Source: Anaerolineae bacterium (GTDB lineage Bacteria; Chloroflexota; Anaerolineae; Aggregatilineales; Aggregatilineaceae). From it: 64,000 nt of DNA. The notes under the pieces were generated by a model. It had not been told where the DNA came from, made no database searches, and saw only the letters and a program-made list of their open reading frames with translations. Each line of letters starts with the position of its first letter. Position 1 is the stretch's first letter. Below are positions 58,108 to 64,000 of the stretch, piece by piece. The translations under genes and the position numbers were made by a program. Location: positions 11,701-75,700 of the forward strand of contig JAFGHR010000121.1 of NCBI GenBank assembly GCA_016930015.1, written 5' to 3'.

Positions 58108-58647
58108 TCATTGATTCGTGGTTTTGTCACGGAATGTCTGCAAAATAGCCAGTCGAGGATCAATATCATCGCTGACACAATCGCATGTTCCCTCGTTCAG
58201 ATTTTGACCACAGATAGGGCACAACCCTTTGCAGTCCGGTTTACAAAACACCCCCATAGGTACAGCCAGGATCACTTCTTCACGTACCAGGGGAGCCAGA
58301 TCCAAAATACCCGATTCCTCCACAGAATATACTGTTTCGGAACCAGGCGGGAAGGAGAACAACTCTTCGATTTCTAACGACACGGGAACGGAAACAGCAG
58401 CCAGGCAGCGAACACATTCGCTAATCACACTGGTGCCCAACACACCCTGGACCAGCACGCCGCGTGAATTGCGACTCAAACGCAAGTCACCTTTTAGATA
58501 GTCCAGTATCAACCCGTCAGCCAGACGAATACAGGGAATATCTAACTCAGAGACACGGTGATAGCCTGCACTTTGGGCAAGTAGGAAACCAACATTAAAC
58601 TTCAGAATACGAGGATTCACAAAATTCTGACGTTGCGAATGATTCAC
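58108..58647 (-). CDS. YceD/DUF177 family protein
   Basis: The C-terminal Cys cluster is CKPDCKGLCPICGQNLNEGTCDC. Length is 179 aa. Confidence 0.8.
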   Translation of the reverse strand: MNHSQRQNFVNPRILKFNVGFLLAQSAGYHRVSELDIPCIRLADGLILDYLKGDLRLSRNSRGVLVQGVLGTSVISECVRCLAAVSVPVSLEIEELFSFPPGSETVYSVEESGILDLAPLVREEVILAVPMGVFCKPDCKGLCPICGQNLNEGTCDCVSDDIDPRLAILQTFRDKTTNQ

Positions 58648-59029
58648 GACCGCAAGCCTTTATTACGGCAGGAAGTAAAAAACGAAGCCGCGCGCTCAAT
58701 CAATGTCGGGATTTTTGAATGCGGCTATACGTTAGATATGTTTCACTGTCAGTGACATAATTATAACGATTCCTGTATTTTATGTCAAGCCAACAGCTAA
58801 TTTATTAACCTAAAACAAACCAATACAGCCCTGAGAGCATATACCTTTGGGGTTTCTTATGTATCACATCCTGCCATAACAGACGCGGCTATCCATTTTT
58901 GTCAGGCGAACGTTGGTAGAAAATCGCTGTACGAGCCCATGCGAATCCGGTATAATTGCCCCGGCTTAAGCCAAAAACCAGCCATTTTGTACGGGTCATT
59001 GCTTCACATATCATAACAGATCGGGTGCT

Positions 59030-59896
59030 ATGCGAATTCTTGTAACCGGAGCCAACGGGCGTCTAGGCAGTTCGATCGCCCAGTTGTTAAACATCGAAAA
59101 CCACACGGTTGTGGGCGTTGATATCGACACGATGGATATCACTGATTCTGAAAGCGTTCAGGAAACATTTAGCGTTTCTCAGCCCAACCTGGTCATTCAC
59201 TGTGCGGCCCTTACCGCCGTTGATTACTGCGCCCAACACCCGGATGAAGCCATCGAAACCAACGGGTTCGGCACACAAACCATCGCCCTGGCGTGCCAAC
59301 AGCATGATGCAGCGATGGTCTATGTCAGCACCAACGAAGTGTTTGATGGCACATCCAACCGGGCTTATCGGGAGTATGACACACCCAACCCGGTCAATCC
59401 TTATGGATATAGTAAATACATGGGTGAGCAAATCGTCCGTGACCTGGTGAGCAGGCATTTTATTGTGCGCACCGCCTGGCTGTTTGCGCATGGTGGACGC
59501 AACTTCATTCACGTCATGCTGGATTTGGCTCAGAAGGGTAAACCCCTGCGTGTGGTTACCAATGAGATCGGCTCACCGACCTATACCAATGACCTGGCAG
59601 CGGCTGTTTGCCGGTTGATCCAAACCGACCAATACGGCATCTATCATCTTGTGAACGCCGGTCAGGCGTCACGATACGAGTTCGCCCGCCATGTCCTTGA
59701 TTTGGCCGGATATACTATCATCCCAATTGAACCTATCACGCTGGAGGAATACCCACGCCCGTCACGTCCCCCCGAATACGCGAGCTTGCGGAACATGGCG
59801 GGCGCCCGGTTGGGGATCACGCTCCGCCCGTGGAAAGAAGCCGTAGCCGCGTTCCTGGACGTTGACCCGGTCGCCAGGCCGGGGGCAGAAAAGTAA
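59030..59896 (+). CDS. rfbD: dTDP-4-dehydrorhamnose reductase
   Basis: ILVTGANGRLG and YGYSKYMGE (YxxxK) are present. Length is 288 aa. Confidence 0.85.
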   Translation: MRILVTGANGRLGSSIAQLLNIENHTVVGVDIDTMDITDSESVQETFSVSQPNLVIHCAALTAVDYCAQHPDEAIETNGFGTQTIALACQQHDAAMVYVSTNEVFDGTSNRAYREYDTPNPVNPYGYSKYMGEQIVRDLVSRHFIVRTAWLFAHGGRNFIHVMLDLAQKGKPLRVVTNEIGSPTYTNDLAAAVCRLIQTDQYGIYHLVNAGQASRYEFARHVLDLAGYTIIPIEPITLEEYPRPSRPPEYASLRNMAGARLGITLRPWKEAVAAFLDVDPVARPGAEK

Positions 59897-59902
59897 ACAT
59901 AC

Positions 59903-60901
59903 ATGGGCGAAACAGTTGCCAGCCCCAGGCTTTCGGTCATCATACCGAATTGGAACGGGGCACATCACCTGAAAACATGCCTGGACGCACTGCGATCACA
60001 GACCTATGCCAACCTGGAAGTCATTGTTGCGGACAACGCGTCAAGTGATGGGTCGCTTGAACTGCTCGCCGATCACTACCCAGAGGTTCACGTGATAACT
60101 CTGCACGAAAACCAGGGATTCACGGGGGCATGCAATGCCGGCCTAAGCATCGCCACCGGTGACTATAGCGCGCTGTTGAACAATGATACGGAAGTTGATC
60201 CGGGCTGGGCCGAAGCCGTGATCGATACGTTCGCCCGGCATCCGGAAGCCGGGTTGGTGGCATCAAAAATGCTGTTGTTTGACCAGCGGGATCGGTTTCA
60301 CACAGCCGGTGACCTGTATCGTGTAGACGGACGGTTGTTTAATCGCGGCGTGTGGGAAACAGACACCGGGCAATATGATGAAGAAACCTATGTCTTCAGC
60401 GCGTGTGGGGGATCGTCGGCCTATCGCCGGGCGATGCTGAATGATATTGGGCTGCTGGACGACGATTTTTTCTTTTCCTGCGAAGATATGGACCTGGGAT
60501 GGCGTGCCCAACTCACCGGATACCGGTGCGTTTATAACCCGAACGCGATAGTATACCATCAACTCAAGGCCACTGGCGGCGGCCCGACAGCCAGTTTTTA
60601 CGATGGGCGCAACGTGATCTGGATTCTGGTCAAGAACTACCCGGCGGCCCTGTGGCGCAAACATGGGTTTAAAATCATCCGCGCCCAATTGGGGCTTGCC
60701 TGGGAAGCCCTGCGGGCGTGGCGCGGCGCGGCAGCACGTGCCCGTTTGCGCGGTATGGCGTCCAGTGTCACCGGCCTGCGTAACATGCTGCGCAAACGGC
60801 GCGCCATTCAGCGGGATCGCCGTGTATCAATACCATACCTGGAATCTATCCTGACACCGATGCCGTCTGACCGCGCACACGATACACATAGAACGGAGTA
60901 A
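59903..60901 (+). CDS. glycosyltransferase family 2
   Basis: SVIIPNWNG, ALLNNDTEVD (DXD-like) and the GT-A pattern are present. Confidence 0.85.
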   Translation: MGETVASPRLSVIIPNWNGAHHLKTCLDALRSQTYANLEVIVADNASSDGSLELLADHYPEVHVITLHENQGFTGACNAGLSIATGDYSALLNNDTEVDPGWAEAVIDTFARHPEAGLVASKMLLFDQRDRFHTAGDLYRVDGRLFNRGVWETDTGQYDEETYVFSACGGSSAYRRAMLNDIGLLDDDFFFSCEDMDLGWRAQLTGYRCVYNPNAIVYHQLKATGGGPTASFYDGRNVIWILVKNYPAALWRKHGFKIIRAQLGLAWEALRAWRGAAARARLRGMASSVTGLRNMLRKRRAIQRDRRVSIPYLESILTPMPSDRAHDTHRTE

Positions 60902-60904
60902 CTG

Positions 60905-61678
60905 TTGGCAACCGAAAAAGACACTCAAAACGGGGAACGCCCGCTGCTCTCGATCGTTATCCCGGCGTATAACGAAGAAGCCCGCCTCCCCGATAGTTTA
61001 CAAACCATTACCGAATACATCACGCAGCAAACGTATTCGGCTGAAGTGATCGTTGTTGACAACAACAGCAGTGACCGCACGCACGCTATCGCGCAGGAAT
61101 TTGAAGCGAAATTTCCATGTGTGCGCGTGATGTTTGAAGGCGCGCAAGGCAAAGGGGCGGCGGTTCGAACCGGCATGCTGGCGGCCAAAGGTCAATACCG
61201 GTTTATCTGTGACGCGGACCTGTCCATGCCGATTGAAGAGATCGGCAAGTTCCTGCCACCGGCACTCAACAATTACGACATTGCGATTGCCTCGCGTGAG
61301 GCGCCTGGGGCCGTTCGTTATGATGAACCCTGGTACCGTCACCTGATGGGACGTGTATTTAACACCATTGTGCGGCTGTTCGCCGTCGGCGGGTTACAGG
61401 ACACGCAGTGTGGTTTTAAGATGTTCCGCGGTGATATCGCCGACATGCTGTTTCCATTCCAGACCCTTGACGGCTGGGCGTTTGATGTCGAAATACTCTA
61501 CGTCGCCCAAAAACGCAGCGCCAAAATCATCGAAGTGCCCATCAACTGGTATTACAAAGCGAACACACGCATCCATCCGATCAAGGACTCGATCGACATG
61601 TTTATAGAAGTGTTCAAGATTCGCCAGAACGGGTACCGTGGTCTGTACAATCACCAACCGCATGACACACAAAGCTGA
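60905..61678 (+). CDS. glycosyltransferase family 2, polyprenol-phosphate hexosyltransferase-like (no C-terminal TM)
   Basis: LSIVIPAYNEE, VVDNNSSD and FICDADLS are present. A TTG start is implied. Confidence 0.8.
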   Translation: MATEKDTQNGERPLLSIVIPAYNEEARLPDSLQTITEYITQQTYSAEVIVVDNNSSDRTHAIAQEFEAKFPCVRVMFEGAQGKGAAVRTGMLAAKGQYRFICDADLSMPIEEIGKFLPPALNNYDIAIASREAPGAVRYDEPWYRHLMGRVFNTIVRLFAVGGLQDTQCGFKMFRGDIADMLFPFQTLDGWAFDVEILYVAQKRSAKIIEVPINWYYKANTRIHPIKDSIDMFIEVFKIRQNGYRGLYNHQPHDTQS

Positions 61679-62315
61679 TCTTGTCGAGGAATACCGGCTT
61701 CAAGCCCAGGGATTTGTACACCTTGCCGGGCTGGATGAAGCCGGGCGCGGCGCCTGGGCGGGCCCTGTGGTTGCCGGGGCCGTGATTCTACCATTGGATC
61801 GTTTTGACCTGGCCCATGCCCTGGATGGTGTGAACGATTCCAAACAGCTTTCGGCGCAAACCAGAGAAACCCTGTTCTCACACATCACGGATACAGCGCT
61901 CGCCGTCGGGATTGGGCACGCTTCTAACGACGAAATAGACCAACTGGGCATTGTACCCGCCACTCGATTAGCGATGGTGCGTGCGCTGGATCAACTGGCC
62001 GAACAACCCGACCTGCTGCTGATCGACTCGATGCAGTTATCGTACCGTGATCTACCCTGCACATCGCTCGTCAAAGGGGATCAAAAATCGCTCAGCATCG
62101 CCGCCGCCAGCATCATCGCCAAGGTGACACGTGATCAACACATGGCGCTTCTGGACAACACATTCCCTCAGTACGGATTTCTGGTTCACAAAGGGTATGG
62201 CACCGATCTTCACCACCAGGCCCTTAAACAGTTCGGCCCTACCAGCGTTCACCGGAAGACATTCGCCCCTGTCCAGGCCCTGGTTGACTCCGGGAAAAAG
62301 GAAGCCGGTTTATGA
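61662..62315 (+). CDS. rnhB: ribonuclease HII
   Basis: LAGLDEAGRGAWAGPVVAGAV (DEAGRG catalytic motif), DSMQL and SIIAK are present. The start is uncertain (61638 is the alternative). Confidence 0.88.
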   Translation: MTHKADLVEEYRLQAQGFVHLAGLDEAGRGAWAGPVVAGAVILPLDRFDLAHALDGVNDSKQLSAQTRETLFSHITDTALAVGIGHASNDEIDQLGIVPATRLAMVRALDQLAEQPDLLLIDSMQLSYRDLPCTSLVKGDQKSLSIAAASIIAKVTRDQHMALLDNTFPQYGFLVHKGYGTDLHHQALKQFGPTSVHRKTFAPVQALVDSGKKEAGL

Positions 62316-63430
62316 AACTGGCCCTGGTTCACGACTGGTTAAACCAGATCGGCGGCGCGGAAGACGTGCTCGCTCGCCTGGTGGACTGTTATCCGCAAGC
62401 GCCGGTCTACACCAGCATGTACGCGCAAGAGTTGATGCCTGACAGTTATCGTACGTGGACCATTCGCCCGACGTGGATGAACCGGCTGCCGGGCATTTAC
62501 CAGCATCACCAGCGTTATTTGCCACTGTACCCGCTCGCGTTTGACCGGCTCGACCTGTCGGATTATGACGTGGTGCTCAGCAACAAAAGCGGCTTCTGCC
62601 ACGGTGTGAGGACCGGACCCGACACCCTGCACATATGTTACTGCCTGGCGCCAACACGTTATGTCTGGAATTTGAACGACTACCTCGACCGCGAGCAGCT
62701 TGGGTCTAACGTGCGATTAGCCGCGCGGGTGGTGGCGCGGTTGTTCCGGCAGTGGGATTATGCCGCGGCTCAGCGCGTGGACCACTTTATCGCCATCAGC
62801 ACCGAGATTCAGCAGCGCATCCGGCGTTTTTACGGTCGCGAGTCAACAGTTCTGTATCCGCCCGTTGACGTGGCCGAACGGTTTTCGATTTCGGATGTGA
62901 CGGACGACTATTTTCTGATCGTGTCACGCTTGATCCCGTATAAGCGTATTGATCTGGCCGTGCAGGCGTGTTCAAAACTCGGTCTACCGCTGTTGATCGG
63001 CGGGCAAGGCCGTGACCGCGAACGGCTGGAAGCAATGGCCGGGCCAACCGTGCAGTTTTTGGGATTTGTGCCCGATGCCGATCTGCCTGACCTGTTTGCA
63101 CGCTGCCGGGCGTTCATTTTCCCCGGCCTGGAAGACTTCGGGATCACGCCGCTGCAAGCCCAGGCTGCCGGGCGGCCCGTGATCGCGTTTGAGGGCGGCG
63201 GCGCACTGGACACGGTTTTACCCGGCGAGACGGGCGTTTTTTTCTCCGAGCCAACCGTTGAGGCGTTGGGTGATGTGCTGTCTACGTTTGACGAAACCAT
63301 CTTTGACCCGGTCCGCGCACGTCACCACGCCATGCAGTTTGACTCGTCAGTCTTTACACGCGCCATTTCACAGACCGTCGAGCGGGCATACCACACCTTC
63401 AGATACAATACGATCGGGGAAAAAGGTTGA
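62312..63430 (+). CDS. glycosyltransferase family 4 (GT-B, retaining-type)
   Basis: The ATGA start overlaps the rnhB stop. The EX7E-region sequence is EDFGITPLQAQAAGRPVIAFEGGGALDTV. Confidence 0.85.
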   Translation: MKLALVHDWLNQIGGAEDVLARLVDCYPQAPVYTSMYAQELMPDSYRTWTIRPTWMNRLPGIYQHHQRYLPLYPLAFDRLDLSDYDVVLSNKSGFCHGVRTGPDTLHICYCLAPTRYVWNLNDYLDREQLGSNVRLAARVVARLFRQWDYAAAQRVDHFIAISTEIQQRIRRFYGRESTVLYPPVDVAERFSISDVTDDYFLIVSRLIPYKRIDLAVQACSKLGLPLLIGGQGRDRERLEAMAGPTVQFLGFVPDADLPDLFARCRAFIFPGLEDFGITPLQAQAAGRPVIAFEGGGALDTVLPGETGVFFSEPTVEALGDVLSTFDETIFDPVRARHHAMQFDSSVFTRAISQTVERAYHTFRYNTIGEKG

Positions 63431-63533
63431 TCGCGCCGGATGCGTAGGCGAACCGCCCTTTCCACACGTCGTATCGCTGCGTTATAATCTCCCCAGCATG
63501 ACCCCGTATTAATAAACAAAGGTAGTTGTGCGC

Positions 63534-64000
63534 ATGAATATTGTCCAGACCGTTGCCGAGCGCATTATCGACAACGTTTCCCAGGTCATTATCGGCAAGC
63601 GGAATGAAATCCGCCTTACGGTGCTCGGCTTGTTGTGCCAGGGGCACATCCTGATCGAAGACATCCCAGGTGTGGGCAAAACGATGATGGCGCGGGCACT
63701 TGCCCGGTCAATCGGCGCATCGTTCAGCCGCATTCAGTTTACACCAGACATGCTGCCATCGGACGTGACCGGCGTATCGGTGTTTAACCAGCGCACGCGT
63801 GAATTTGAATTCCGTCCCGGACCGATCATGTCCCAGATCGTGTTGACGGATGAAATCAACCGCGCTACACCCAAAACACAGGCCGCGCTGCTGGAAGCGA
63901 TGGAAGAACACCAACTGACGGTTGACGGGGTAACCTATATCCTGGAAGACCCGTTCCTGGTCATCGCCACCCAAAACCCGATCGAATATGAAGGTACGTT
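63534..64000 (+). CDS. MoxR-family AAA+ ATPase, 3'-truncated by the window edge
   Basis: [11 protein letters not shown]..., Walker [11 protein letters not shown] and Walker [24 protein letters not shown] are present. The frame is open to the end of the window (not in the ORF track for that reason). Confidence 0.85.
   Translation, partial: MNIVQTVAERIIDNVSQVIIGKRNEIRLTVLGLLCQGHILIEDIPGVGKTMMARALARSIGASFSRIQFTPDMLPSDVTGVSVFNQRTREFEFRPGPIMSQIVLTDEINRATPKTQAALLEAMEEHQLTVDGVTYILEDPFLVIATQNPIEYEGT

Overview
The window is a gene-dense chromosomal segment, almost entirely housekeeping, from a roughly mid-50s % GC bacterium. Gene content and order suggest a monoderm-type lineage, probably Chloroflexota (inference only). 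The evidence is an rpmB-asp23-DAK2-degV-recG block, LCP and FtsX proteins, and a bacterial Elp3. I support about 55 CDS, one tRNA(CAU), several near-consensus sigma-70 promoters and several clean hairpin terminators. There are no rRNA genes, CRISPR arrays, transposases, integrases or phage genes. Functional blocks in order: ftsK, rpe, rpmB, a fatty-acid kinase set, recG, coaD, rpmF, fabD, glnA and moaB. Next come an ECF sigma/anti-sigma pair, a fused double solute-binding protein with an atypical response regulator, and a sugar block (GH27 plus two GH94). Then a heterodimeric ABC exporter, a PadR-ABC-FtsX module, tRNA, adk, a kinase-like protein, GH13, LCP and a lipoate ligase-like gene. The window ends with Elp3 plus a methyltransferase, mutY, proBA, fprA, an FHA protein, rpoD, yceD, an rfbD/glycosyltransferase/rnhB operon and moxR. 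The most interesting observations are: (1) bacterial Elp3 divergently paired with a methyltransferase that resembles eukaryotic Trm9 along its whole length, a candidate bacterial (m)cm5U34 tRNA-modification module. (2) A conserved ~95-nt sequence sits at the 3' ends of two unrelated operons. (3) An 864-aa tandem double SBP is co-transcribed with an OmpR-type regulator that lacks the phospho-acceptor Asp, Thr and Lys. (4) A tail-anchored Ser/Thr kinase homologue has HGN in place of HRD. (5) An asymmetric ABC exporter pair sits behind a long leader carrying an attenuator-like hairpin. All functional assignments come from motif recognition by eye; no searches were run.
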